A stretch of DNA of 64,000 bases from Candidatus Latescibacterota bacterium (lineage in GTDB: Bacteria; Latescibacterota; UBA2968; GCA-2709665). Positions 9,695 to 18,714 of this stretch are shown here, piece by piece. A model generated the notes under the pieces. That model saw only the letters and a list, made by a program, of their open reading frames with translations, did no database searches and had not been told where the DNA came from. The position numbers were made by a program, and so were the translations under genes. Where the stretch lies: assembly GCA_965222075.1 (NCBI GenBank), contig OZ244937.1, positions 4,608,001 to 4,672,000 on the forward strand. Direction: 5' to 3'. How positions within the stretch are numbered: the stretch's first letter is position 1; each line of letters starts with the position of its first letter.

Positions 9695-10774
9695 ATGCCG
9701 ACGCTGGCCCTCCATTCTGTGCACGAAGCAGCCTGCGCTGTTTTTGTTCAGGTCGGAGGTTGGGAAGTTCCCGGATATTATGGCGATGTCGCATCGGAAT
9801 ATCGCGCCGTTCGAGAGGCGGCTGGAATTGCGGATCGCAGCGCTCGGGGCAAGCTGCGTGTCATCGGTTCGGACCGGGTTCGATTTTTGCACAACATGCT
9901 GAGCAATACGGTGGAGGGTCTGGGGGAAGGGGAGGGCAATTATGCCACTCTGACCAATCCCAAGGGACAGACGCTGACAGATGTCTGGGTGCACCACCGG
10001 GGGGAGACTTTTGTGCTGGAGACGGAACCCGGTTTTCAGGAAAAACTGTACACTTCGCTCGACCGGTATCTGATTGCCGACGATGTCGAGATGCAGGACA
10101 TCACCGAATCCCTGGCGATCCTGGGGATTTGGGGCCCCCGGGCGGGGGAGCTGGTTTCTGAGACCTTTGGCGGTGTTCCCACAGATCTGCCTGAATACCA
10201 TACGGTTATCCGTTCTTTTAACGGGACGGAGGTTACGGTTGTGTCCCGTGCCTTTGCAGGGGAGTCGGGCTACGACCTCTGGGTGGCCGTTAAAGGGGCC
10301 GAGGCCCTGTGGAGAGCCTTAGAAAAGAGGGGAGGACGCCCGGTCGGTTTTGAGGCTTTAGAGGTTCTGCGCGTTGAGGCGGGCATCCCCCGCTATGGGG
10401 TGGATGTTGACGAGCGGGCGGTCCCCTTAGAGGCGGGGCTCTATTCTGCGGTCAATTTTGAAAAGGGCTGTTTTATCGGCCAGGAGGTGATTGCCAAGAT
10501 GCACAACCTGGGCAAGCCCAGGCGGTATCTGGTTGGCCTGTGCGTTGAGGCCGATACGCCCCCTGCCGAGGGCACGCCCGTTTGGACGGATGGTAAAGAG
10601 ATCGGGCATATCACCAGCGGCCTCCGCTCGCTGGCGCTGGACCGGGTTGTTGCGCTTGCGTCGGTGCGTCGGGGGTTCCAGGAGCCGGGCCAGGTCGTTT
10701 TCACAGAGGGCGGCGTCCAGGCAGAGGTGGTCGCCCTGCCCTTTTACAAAGCGGTGCCGGCCAAGTTAGAATAA
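9695..10774 (+). CDS. ygfZ: GcvT/YgfZ-family folate-binding protein
   Basis: GcvT fold motifs plus the YgfZ signature KGCFIGQE; AAGGAGG before ATG 9695. Confidence 0.75.
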   Translation: MPTLALHSVHEAACAVFVQVGGWEVPGYYGDVASEYRAVREAAGIADRSARGKLRVIGSDRVRFLHNMLSNTVEGLGEGEGNYATLTNPKGQTLTDVWVHHRGETFVLETEPGFQEKLYTSLDRYLIADDVEMQDITESLAILGIWGPRAGELVSETFGGVPTDLPEYHTVIRSFNGTEVTVVSRAFAGESGYDLWVAVKGAEALWRALEKRGGRPVGFEALEVLRVEAGIPRYGVDVDERAVPLEAGLYSAVNFEKGCFIGQEVIAKMHNLGKPRRYLVGLCVEADTPPAEGTPVWTDGKEIGHITSGLRSLALDRVVALASVRRGFQEPGQVVFTEGGVQAEVVALPFYKAVPAKLE

Positions 10775-10904
10775 AGGTCTCTCCAGACCCTGTCAAGCCC
10801 TTTCACCTTAATAAGACCGAAAAACCCCATCCGGGTTCCCACTGTGTGGGATTTTACCTTGACTTTGGCGGATAAATGATGAAACTATGATCGGGCAGGT
10901 CCTT

Positions 10905-11264
10905 ATGGAAAACGACGTTCTGCGGCTGAGAAATATGGCCTTTTACGCCTATCACGGGCTGTTCCCCGAAGAAGAGAAACTGGGACAGCGGTTTGAAGTG
11001 GATGTGGAGATCTACGGGAACTTTCGGGGATATGCCCACAACAGCGGCGAAGGGGCTGTAAACTATCCGGAGGTCTATGCCGCTGTGGAAGAGGTGGTGA
11101 CCGGGGAGCGTTTCGGGCTGGTGGAGTCCTTGGCCGACCGGATCGCCCAAGTTGTGCAGGCGCGTTTTGGGCTGGCGCAGATCGTGGTTCGGGTGCGTAA
11201 ACCAAACCCTCCGGTTTCCGGACATTTTGACGGCGTCGAAGCTGAGGTTCGACGGGGGGGTTAG
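10905..11264 (+). CDS. folB: Dihydroneopterin aldolase
   Basis: FYAYHG..EEEKLGQRFEVDV, VNY, LVESLA and KPNPP; adjacent to folK. Confidence 0.93.
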   Translation: MENDVLRLRNMAFYAYHGLFPEEEKLGQRFEVDVEIYGNFRGYAHNSGEGAVNYPEVYAAVEEVVTGERFGLVESLADRIAQVVQARFGLAQIVVRVRKPNPPVSGHFDGVEAEVRRGG

Positions 11265-11265
11265 G

Positions 11266-11778
11266 GTGGCGACAGCGTATATCGGCATGGGGACGAACCT
11301 GGGAGACCGGGTAGAGACTTTCTGCCGGGCCGCGGCCGTTCTGGGGGAGCGTCCGGAGCTTCACCTGCGGGCGGCCTCCTGGGTGTATGAAACCGCTCCG
11401 GTTGGTATCACCGATCAGCCGGCCTTTCTGAATGCGGTTCTTCAAATCGAAACGGATTTGTCTGCCCGGGCGCTGTTGGACCTTCTGCTGGCGGTCGAAG
11501 GGGAGTTTGGGCGGGTTCGAAGGGAAAGATGGGGGCCGCGCACGCTGGACCTGGATATCCTGCTTTACGGTTGTGCTGTGATTCGGGAGGAGGGGCTTGA
11601 GGTTCCCCATCCCTGCGTGCACGAGCGGGCGTTTGTGCTGATCCCGTTGTGCGACCTCACCCCGGAAGGCTGCCATCCGGTGCTGAAGCAGACGTTTCGC
11701 ACGCTCGCCCGGGCGGTTGGCACAGCGCAGGCGGTCCGACGGGTGGAGGGCCTTGCTCTCCTGTCCGCTTGTCCATAG
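11266..11778 (+). CDS. folK: 2-amino-4-hydroxy-6-hydroxymethyldihydropteridine pyrophosphokinase
   Basis: AYIGMGTNLGD, WGPRTLDLDILLY and PHP..HERAFVL; GTG start at 11266. Confidence 0.95.
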   Translation: MATAYIGMGTNLGDRVETFCRAAAVLGERPELHLRAASWVYETAPVGITDQPAFLNAVLQIETDLSARALLDLLLAVEGEFGRVRRERWGPRTLDLDILLYGCAVIREEGLEVPHPCVHERAFVLIPLCDLTPEGCHPVLKQTFRTLARAVGTAQAVRRVEGLALLSACP

Positions 11779-11789
11779 AGGGGGTGTTG

Positions 11790-12437
11790 GTGGCCGTCAG
11801 ATATATTGCCATTGAAGGGGTCCCCGGGGTGGGTAAAACCGACCTTGCCCGTCTTTTGGGAGAGCGCCTGAACGCCCGGCTGGTGCTGGAAGACGCCCAG
11901 GAAAATCCCTTTTTGCCCCTGTTTTACGAGGAGCCGGAGCACTACGGGTTCCAGACGCAGGCGTTTTTTCTGCTGAGCCGGTACCGACAGCAGCAGGATC
12001 TCCATCAGATCGATCTGTTTCAGTCGGTGGTTGTAAGCAATTATCTCTTCGCCCGGGACGGGATTTACGCCCACGTGGTCCTGAACGATGAGGAGATGTC
12101 GCTCTACGAACGGCTGGCCGAGAGCCTTCAGGAGAAGGCGTCCAAACCGGACCTGGTTCTCTACCTTCAGGATTCGGCCGCGCATCTGATCCAGCAGATT
12201 CGAAGACAGGGACCGGAGTACGAGCGGCTGATGACCGAAGATTATCTGGCACGTCTGATTGAGGCCTACAACCATTTCTTTTTTCATTATGCCGAAACCC
12301 CCCTGCTGGTGGCCAATGTTTCGCAGGTCGATTTTGTGAACCGTCCGAAGGACTTAGAGGCGTTGTTGCGGCAGATCTCGTCTCCGCCAGCGGGTACACG
12401 CTATTACAGACCTATGTACGCAGGAGCACAGCCATGA
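11790..12437 (+). CDS. Deoxynucleoside kinase family protein
   Basis: YIAIEGVPGVGKT P-loop, NPFL..FY and KPDLVLYL; usual position between folK and panB. Confidence 0.9.
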   Translation: MAVRYIAIEGVPGVGKTDLARLLGERLNARLVLEDAQENPFLPLFYEEPEHYGFQTQAFFLLSRYRQQQDLHQIDLFQSVVVSNYLFARDGIYAHVVLNDEEMSLYERLAESLQEKASKPDLVLYLQDSAAHLIQQIRRQGPEYERLMTEDYLARLIEAYNHFFFHYAETPLLVANVSQVDFVNRPKDLEALLRQISSPPAGTRYYRPMYAGAQP

Positions 12438-13210
12438 AGACGGCTGAAGACATCCGGGCCACGAAGGGCCAGTCGAAGATTGCAATGTTGACGGTCTACG
12501 ATTATCCAACGGCGTGCGCGCTGGACCGCTGCGGCCTTGATATTCTCTTTGTAGGCGATACGCTGGGGGAGGTGGAACTGGGGTTTGAGCGGACGTCCAA
12601 GGTGACGATGGAAATGATGCTCCATCATTTAGGCGCGGTCCGGCGCGGGGTCAAGGAGACGCATCTGCTGGCCGATTTGCCCTACGGGAGCTATGCAGCG
12701 CCCGAGCAGGCCCTGGAGAATGCCCGGCAGTTGCTGGAGGCCGGTGCCAACAGTGTGAAACTGGAAGGCCCTCGCTACGATGTGGTGGAATATCTGGTTG
12801 CGCATGGGGTGGATGTGATGGGGCATGTGGGCCTTTTGCCTCAAACGGCCCAAAGGTATGTCCGGCAGGGGACCAGGAAGTCTTCTGCCGCGCGGGTCGA
12901 ATCGGAGGCCGTCGGGCTGGCCCGCGCAGGCTGCTATGCCGTGGTGCTGGAATACGTCCCGACCGAACTGGCGCAGCGGATTACGCCCGCGATTCCAGCG
13001 CCCACGGTCGGAATCGGCGCGGGCCCCCACTGCGACGGTCAGGTTTTGGTCATTACCGATATGCTGGGCCTTTTCCCCCGGGTACCGTCCTATGTGAGGA
13101 AGTATGCCCACCTGTATGAAGCGATTGTCCAAGCCGGTGAGGCCTTCCGCGATGAGGTCAAGGAGGGACTTTTTCCCTCTGGTGGGTCCGAGGAGGCGGT
13201 GAAGTCGTAA
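12434..13210 (+). CDS. panB: 3-methyl-2-oxobutanoate hydroxymethyltransferase
   Basis: MLTVYD, VGDT, ADLPYGSY, VKLEG, GHVGLLPQ and IGAG..CDGQVLV. Confidence 0.95.
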   Translation: MKTAEDIRATKGQSKIAMLTVYDYPTACALDRCGLDILFVGDTLGEVELGFERTSKVTMEMMLHHLGAVRRGVKETHLLADLPYGSYAAPEQALENARQLLEAGANSVKLEGPRYDVVEYLVAHGVDVMGHVGLLPQTAQRYVRQGTRKSSAARVESEAVGLARAGCYAVVLEYVPTELAQRITPAIPAPTVGIGAGPHCDGQVLVITDMLGLFPRVPSYVRKYAHLYEAIVQAGEAFRDEVKEGLFPSGGSEEAVKS

Positions 13211-14064
13211 TGGGCGATCTGAAGGTGATTCAAACCGTTGCGGACATGCACCGGACCGCCGATGAGATGCGGGACTCGGGTTTGAGGATCGGCCTTTTGC
13301 CGACGATGGGATACCTCCACGGTGGGCATTTAAGCCTGATCCGTCAGGCGCGGCGGGCCTCGGACCGGGTGGTGGTCAGTATTTTTGTGAATCCGATGCA
13401 GTTTGGACCTCAGGAGGATTATGCCACCTATCCCTTTGACTTTGAACGAGATGTAAAGCTAATCCAGGAGATGGGAGGCGATCTGGTTTACGCGCCTTCT
13501 GCAAAGGAGATGTACCCGGAGGGGTATGCCACGTATGTGGCGGTTGAGCGGCTTACCCAGCACCTTTGCGGGTCGACCCGGCCGGGTCATTTTCGTGGGG
13601 TGACCACGGTGGTGACCAAGCTGTTTGCGGCGGTCAAGCCCCATGTCGCGGTGTTCGGGCAGAAGGACGCGCAGCAGGCGAGGGTGATCCGGCGGATGGT
13701 GCGGGATTTGAACTTAGATGTGGAAATCCGGGTTGCGCCAACAGTGCGGGAGGCAGACGGGCTGGCCAGGAGCTCTCGAAATGTGTACCTGAGCCCGGAA
13801 GAGCGGCGTGAAGCGCCGGTGCTCTACCAGGCCCTGCAGGAGGCCAAATCCTTAGTGGCGCAGGGCGAGCGGAGGGCCGCGGTCGTGGTAGAGGCGATGC
13901 GGCAGAGGATCGCTGCCCGCCCGCACGCGCGGATCGATTATGTTTCTGTGGTCAACGCTGAGGATCTAAGGCCGGTAGAGGCGCTTTCGGGAGCGGTCCT
14001 GTTTGCCCTGGCGGTGCGGTTTGGAGAGGCCCGGCTGATCGACAATTTTCAGGTTTCATTATAG
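13210..14064 (+). CDS. panC: Pantoate-beta-alanine ligase
   Basis: PTMGYLHGGH, SIFVNPMQF, RPGHFRGV, FGQKDAQQ, SSRN and RLIDN. Confidence 0.97.
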   Translation: MGDLKVIQTVADMHRTADEMRDSGLRIGLLPTMGYLHGGHLSLIRQARRASDRVVVSIFVNPMQFGPQEDYATYPFDFERDVKLIQEMGGDLVYAPSAKEMYPEGYATYVAVERLTQHLCGSTRPGHFRGVTTVVTKLFAAVKPHVAVFGQKDAQQARVIRRMVRDLNLDVEIRVAPTVREADGLARSSRNVYLSPEERREAPVLYQALQEAKSLVAQGERRAAVVVEAMRQRIAARPHARIDYVSVVNAEDLRPVEALSGAVLFALAVRFGEARLIDNFQVSL

Positions 14065-14111
14065 GCTCTAAGTATAAGTTTTTGTTATCAGTAAGAATAA
14101 GGAGAAAAGAC

Positions 14112-14140
14112 TTGACGTTGACGTAAGAGTTCGTTATATT
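14112..14140 (+). promoter_or_regulatory. Putative sigma70-type promoter of sod
   Basis: TTGACG (14112-14117), 17-bp spacer, TATATT (14135-14140) in an AT-rich intergenic region. Confidence 0.6.
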
Positions 14141-14212
14141 TTTTTTGTATTTATCCGTTTGTATTTCTTATGATTTTGTCCTCTGTTCATCTTCATATAA
14201 GGAGAGTATCAA

Positions 14213-14824
14213 ATGGCCCACGAACTCCCTGATTTGCCGTACGCTCACGACGCTTTGGAGCCTCATATCGATGCCCGGACGATGGAGATTCATCACGGCA
14301 AGCATCACAACGCCTATGTGACCAACCTCAACGCTGCGCTTGATGGACACCCCGATTTGCAGGCCAAGAGCATCGAAGATTTAATCACCGATCTGGACAG
14401 CGTTCCCGAAGATATCCGGACGGCCGTCCGGAACAACGGTGGAGGGCACGCCAACCACAGTCTCTTCTGGACCGTTATGCGTCCGGCGGGCGGCCCGGGG
14501 CCTTCTGACGCGCTTATGGATGCCATAAATTCGGCCTTCGGAAGCGGTGAAGCCTGCAAAGAGAAGTTTGTGACTGCTGCGACCACCCGGTTCGGCAGCG
14601 GGTGGGCCTGGCTGGTTGTGAAGGACGGAAAGTTAGATGTTCTCAGCACGCCCAACCAGGACAATCCCCAGATGACGGGGGACGGAACGCCCATTCTGGG
14701 CTTAGATGTTTGGGAGCATGCATATTATCTGAACTATCAGAACAGGCGGCCTGACTACATTGAGGCCTGGGAGAACGTGATCAACTGGGACGAGGTGACA
14801 AGGCGCTTTGAAGCTGCAAAGTAA
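14213..14824 (+). CDS. sodA: Mn/Fe superoxide dismutase (Mn-type signature)
   Basis: [26 protein letters not shown] and DVWEHAYY. Confidence 0.95.
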   Translation: MAHELPDLPYAHDALEPHIDARTMEIHHGKHHNAYVTNLNAALDGHPDLQAKSIEDLITDLDSVPEDIRTAVRNNGGGHANHSLFWTVMRPAGGPGPSDALMDAINSAFGSGEACKEKFVTAATTRFGSGWAWLVVKDGKLDVLSTPNQDNPQMTGDGTPILGLDVWEHAYYLNYQNRRPDYIEAWENVINWDEVTRRFEAAK

Positions 14825-14872
14825 GGCGTTTAAACTGGAGTATTGAACCCTGTAGAAGAGAGGATATGGTGA

Positions 14873-15352
14873 ATGGGGCTCAATGTTGGTGATCAGGCAT
14901 CCGATTTTACCCTCAAGCAGAAGGTGGGCGAGGAACTGGAAGATGTGAGCTTAAGCGGTTATCGGGGGAAAAAGAACGTGGTGCTGCTGTTTTTCCCCCT
15001 GGCTTATACCTCGGTCTGTACCGATGAGATGTGCTCGGTGAGCGGGGGGCTGGCCGAGTATGAAAGCTTAGATGCTCAGGTTCTGGGCATCAGCGTCGAT
15101 AGTCCCTTTTCGCAGGAAGCCTGGGCAAAGGAGAACGAGATTACGATCCCCCTGCTGAGCGATTTTAACAAAGAGGTAAGCGCGAGCTACGGGGCGCAGT
15201 ACGAGGACCTTCTGGGGTTCAGGGGCGTGGCCAAGCGTTCGGCATTTGTAGTGGATAAGGAGGGCATCATCCGCTATGTGTCCGTATCAGACGATCCCAC
15301 GGTTCTCCCCGATTTCGAGGCGATCAAGGCTTGTCTGGGGTCGCTCAATTGA
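14873..15352 (+). CDS. Peroxiredoxin (AhpC/TSA, AhpE-like)
   Basis: FFPLAYTSVC (PxxxTxxC), ISVDSPF, LLSDFN and the conserved Arg in KRSAF. Confidence 0.9.
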   Translation: MGLNVGDQASDFTLKQKVGEELEDVSLSGYRGKKNVVLLFFPLAYTSVCTDEMCSVSGGLAEYESLDAQVLGISVDSPFSQEAWAKENEITIPLLSDFNKEVSASYGAQYEDLLGFRGVAKRSAFVVDKEGIIRYVSVSDDPTVLPDFEAIKACLGSLN

Positions 15353-15404
15353 TCTGGATGGAGGAAATCCCTTTTGTAAACGTACGATAAGGAGGTTGAT
15401 TTGA

Positions 15405-15728
15405 ATGGTCACACTCACGGAGTCCGCTGTCGGTAAGATCAAAGAGCTCTTGGGGCGTGAGGGGCGTTCGGATTACGGCCTTCGTATGAAGGTGGTGGGG
15501 GGCGGATGCTCGGGCTTGCAGTACCAAATGGGCTTTGAAGAGGCGTCTGGTGAGGACGACGATACGGTTGAAAGCGGCGGCGTGAAGGTCTTCATCGATA
15601 TGAAGAGCGCCCTCTACCTTGCAGGATCCGAGCTGGACTACGATGACGGGCTGATGGGATCGGGCTTTCAGGTGAAGAACCCCAATGCCACCAATCAGTG
15701 TGGTTGCGGGGAGTCTTTCGGCGTATAG
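15405..15728 (+). CDS. A-type Fe-S carrier (IscA/ErpA/HesB family)
   Basis: GGGCSG and NPNA..CGCGESF. Confidence 0.95.
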   Translation: MVTLTESAVGKIKELLGREGRSDYGLRMKVVGGGCSGLQYQMGFEEASGEDDDTVESGGVKVFIDMKSALYLAGSELDYDDGLMGSGFQVKNPNATNQCGCGESFGV

Positions 15729-16035
15729 ATAATGGGCGGATTGATTTATTTTTTGCCCGGTCTGGCGTTTCCTGCCCTCTGAATTCTGGAAGGGAGGGGT
15801 CTGTAAAGGCTCCTCCCTTTCGAGCAGTTTTGGGGGGTTGCTCAAGGTGGGTTTTGGGGATATGATTTTTCTGCTTTTAAGATCGTTGTTGCCGACTCTC
15901 AGGCGGCGTGCAACGATTGGGTTTCGTTTTTTTCTGGAATTCATCTCCGGATTCTTTCCCCGGGATCTGGAGGCGACGATGCTTTGCTGGGCTGCGGGGG
16001 GGTGGGTGGGGCGAAATATTAACCTGGACCTTAAG

Positions 16036-16095
16036 ACTGGATACAGGAGGCTCCAATGTTACTGGATTGGATACAGGAGGCTCCAACGGTACTGG
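16036..16095 (+). repeat. 30-bp imperfect tandem duplication spanning the rny RBS and start codon
   Basis: ACTGGATACAGGAGGCTCCAATGTTACTGG / ATTGGATACAGGAGGCTCCAACGGTACTGG, 27 of 30 identical. Confidence 0.9.
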
Positions 16096-17891
16096 CACCC
16101 TATTCAATGTGGTTTGCAGCTGCCGGTGCCTTCCTCCTCTTTGGACTTGGATGGTTTTTATGCGCCCGGGTCAAGGCTCGGAAGATCTGGGAAATCGAAC
16201 AACAGACCGAGCGGCGGATATCGAAACTGGTTGAGAAGGCGGATCGAGAGCGGAAGGCCGCATTCTTGGAAGAAAAAAACAAGTGGTATGATTCCAAGGC
16301 AAAATTCGAGCGGGAATTCGATCAGAAAAGGCGGGACCTGAATCGGTTGGGCGAGGAGTTAGAGGAGAAGGAGAGCGGGCTTGGGGAGCAGGTGGAGTCC
16401 AATCGGCAGCGCGAGAAGGCGTTGAATCGGTCGGAGCGGGAGGTGCGGCAGCGCGAGGGCCGTCTGGAGCAGCAGGGCCGGGAACTGGACCGGGTGCTTG
16501 CCGAACAACGCGCCCGGCTGGAACGCATTTCCAACATGAATATCGAGCATGCCAAAGAGATGCTTCTGGAGAATCTGCGATCTGAGCTTCAGCATACCGC
16601 CACTGCCATTGGGATGGACGTCATTGAGCAGGCGAAGGAGCGGGCCGAACGGGAATCCAAGCATATTATCGCACAGGCCATTGAGCGCTGTTCAACAGAT
16701 CAGACGGTGCAGTCTTCTATCTCGGTGGTTGCCCTTCCCGATGACGATATCAAGGGGCGGATTGTTGGAAAAGAAGGGCGTAACATCATCGCATTTGAAG
16801 CGGCCACGGGGGTCAAGGTGATTGTCAACGACACCCCGGAAGCGGTTGTCCTGTCGAGTTTTGATCCGGTGAAGCGGGATGTCGCCCGGCTGGCCATGGA
16901 GGAACTGGTCAAAGAAGGCCGGATTAATCCAAGCCGGGTTGAAGAGGTCGTGGCCGACTGTGAGCAGCGGGTTGAGTCCCTCATTGAGGAGGAGGGGCGG
17001 CAGGCGGTCAAAGAAGTGGGCATTGAGGATATGCACCCAGAGATTGTCAAGCTCCTGGGCCGTCTGAAGTATCGCACCAGTTATGGGCAGAGCCAGCTTG
17101 GACACTCCAAGGAGGTCGCCTTTTTGGCGGGCGCAATGGCTGCGGAGTTGCGGTTGAACGAGCGCCTTGCTCGGCGGGCCGGGCTGTTGCACGATATCGG
17201 CAAGGCGATTGTCGGGGTGGACCAGGAGGTGGAAGGCACGCACACCGATATCGGAGTGGAGTTGGTGCGAAGGTGTGGAGAGGCTCCCGAGGTAGAGAAT
17301 TCGATTCTCTACCAGCATGGAGATGCCGAAGCGACGACGCCGATTTCATTCCTGGTTAAGGCAGCCGATGCGATCTCTTCATCTCGTCCCGGCGCCCGTC
17401 GGGACGATGTGGAAGGATACATCAGGCGGGTTCGGGACTTAGAAGAGATTGCTCAGTCCTTCGAGGGGGTCAGGGATGCCTATGCGATCAACGCTGGCCG
17501 AGAAGTACGGGTGATGGTTAATGCCGGCCGGGTGGACGACGAGAAGGCGAAGACGCTTTCTTTTGAGATTGCCCAGCGCATCCGCGAGGAAATGACCTAT
17601 CCCGGGCAGATTCAGGTTACCGTTATTCGACACACCATTGCAACAGAGTGGACCGGCCGGTCCGGTAAACGCCGGAAGAGCAGGTCCAGAGGCCGAAGAG
17701 GGAGATCCTCGTATGAAAAGAGTAGGTCACGAAATGACGCTGACCGAAAAAATGTACCTTCCGGCAATCACAAAGGGGCTGTCGTTGACCTTCAAGCATC
17801 TGCTCGGCAAGAAGATCACGATGCAGTACCCCGAAGAAAAGTGGGAGAAACCGGAGGGATACCGCGGGCTACACAAGCTAACGAAGGATGA
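16056..17891 (+). CDS. rny: Ribonuclease Y
   Basis: N-terminal TM helix, coiled coil, KH domain (KGRIVGKEGRNI), HD domain (LLHDIGK, AADAISSSRPGARR) and YPGQIQVTVIR. Confidence 0.96.
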   Translation: MLLDWIQEAPTVLAPYSMWFAAAGAFLLFGLGWFLCARVKARKIWEIEQQTERRISKLVEKADRERKAAFLEEKNKWYDSKAKFEREFDQKRRDLNRLGEELEEKESGLGEQVESNRQREKALNRSEREVRQREGRLEQQGRELDRVLAEQRARLERISNMNIEHAKEMLLENLRSELQHTATAIGMDVIEQAKERAERESKHIIAQAIERCSTDQTVQSSISVVALPDDDIKGRIVGKEGRNIIAFEAATGVKVIVNDTPEAVVLSSFDPVKRDVARLAMEELVKEGRINPSRVEEVVADCEQRVESLIEEEGRQAVKEVGIEDMHPEIVKLLGRLKYRTSYGQSQLGHSKEVAFLAGAMAAELRLNERLARRAGLLHDIGKAIVGVDQEVEGTHTDIGVELVRRCGEAPEVENSILYQHGDAEATTPISFLVKAADAISSSRPGARRDDVEGYIRRVRDLEEIAQSFEGVRDAYAINAGREVRVMVNAGRVDDEKAKTLSFEIAQRIREEMTYPGQIQVTVIRHTIATEWTGRSGKRRKSRSRGRRGRSSYEKSRSRNDADRKNVPSGNHKGAVVDLQASARQEDHDAVPRRKVGETGGIPRATQANEG

Positions 17892-18210
17892 TCAGGGACG
17901 TCCCAAATGCGTGGCCTGCTATATGTGTGAGACGGCCTGCCCTGCAGAATGCATTACCATTGAGGCCTCTGAAGCCCCCTGGCCCGACCGTGAGAAGTAC
18001 CCGAAGCGGTTCGAAATAGACATGCTCCGGTGCATTTTCTGTGGCATGTGTGTGGAGGCCTGTCCAGAAGACGCCATTGTGATGACCGAACGGTCGGAAC
18101 TGGCAGCGGAGAACCGGGCGGATCTGATTTATACCAAGGAGATGCTGCTGGCTGTTGAAGACCGTGTGACCCTGACGCCCACGCGGAAACCGCTTGAAGA
18201 TGCCCATTGA
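17713..18210 (+). CDS. nuoI: NADH-quinone oxidoreductase subunit I-like 2x[4Fe-4S] protein
   Basis: TMQYPEE, YRGLH, CVACYMCETACP and RCIFCGMCVEACP; GGAG before ATG 17713. Confidence 0.88.
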   Translation: MKRVGHEMTLTEKMYLPAITKGLSLTFKHLLGKKITMQYPEEKWEKPEGYRGLHKLTKDDQGRPKCVACYMCETACPAECITIEASEAPWPDREKYPKRFEIDMLRCIFCGMCVEACPEDAIVMTERSELAAENRADLIYTKEMLLAVEDRVTLTPTRKPLEDAH

Positions 18211-18239
18211 GTTCCCCAAAAAGGGCGGGGAGCAGCGTG

Positions 18240-18620
18240 ATGCCCGACGCGTATACCGAGATTGTCCTGGATCATTTTAAAAATCCTCGAAATGTCGGTA
18301 TGCTGCAGGACCCCGACGCCTTGGGCAGAGTTGAAAATCCTGCATCCGGGGCTTCGATCGTGCTCTACCTTCAGATCGTGGACGAGGTGGTTTCCCAGGC
18401 CACCTTTCAAACCCAGGGCTGTACCGCGACAATTGCCGCCAGTTCTATGCTAACAGAGATGGCGGTGGGCCGGAAGGTGGAGGAGGCAGAGGCAATTTCC
18501 CGGGTGGAGATAGAAGAGGCTCTGGGCGGGTTGCCACCCACGCGAAGGCATGCGGCTGCTCTGGCTGAAGATGCCGTCCGGGCTGCGGTTGTGGACTACC
18601 GGTTGCGGGTTCAAAGCTGA
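18240..18620 (+). CDS. IscU/NifU-N-like protein retaining only one Cys
   Basis: YTEIVLDHFKNPRNVG, GC..IAASS..TEM and LGGLPP..H; the first and third Cys ligand positions are S and A. Confidence 0.85.
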   Translation: MPDAYTEIVLDHFKNPRNVGMLQDPDALGRVENPASGASIVLYLQIVDEVVSQATFQTQGCTATIAASSMLTEMAVGRKVEEAEAISRVEIEEALGGLPPTRRHAAALAEDAVRAAVVDYRLRVQS

Positions 18621-18714
18621 TCTATTGGCGCAACGAAGTTAGGATAGGAGGGTAGGGCACGCCTGTGTCCTGCCCTCCTGTGGTTAAGTTGGTTCATACC
18701 AGAGATATCGGGCA

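Noticed and set aside
16036-16095. Possible CRISPR repeat pair
   Set aside because: Only two abutting copies, no spacers and no cas genes.
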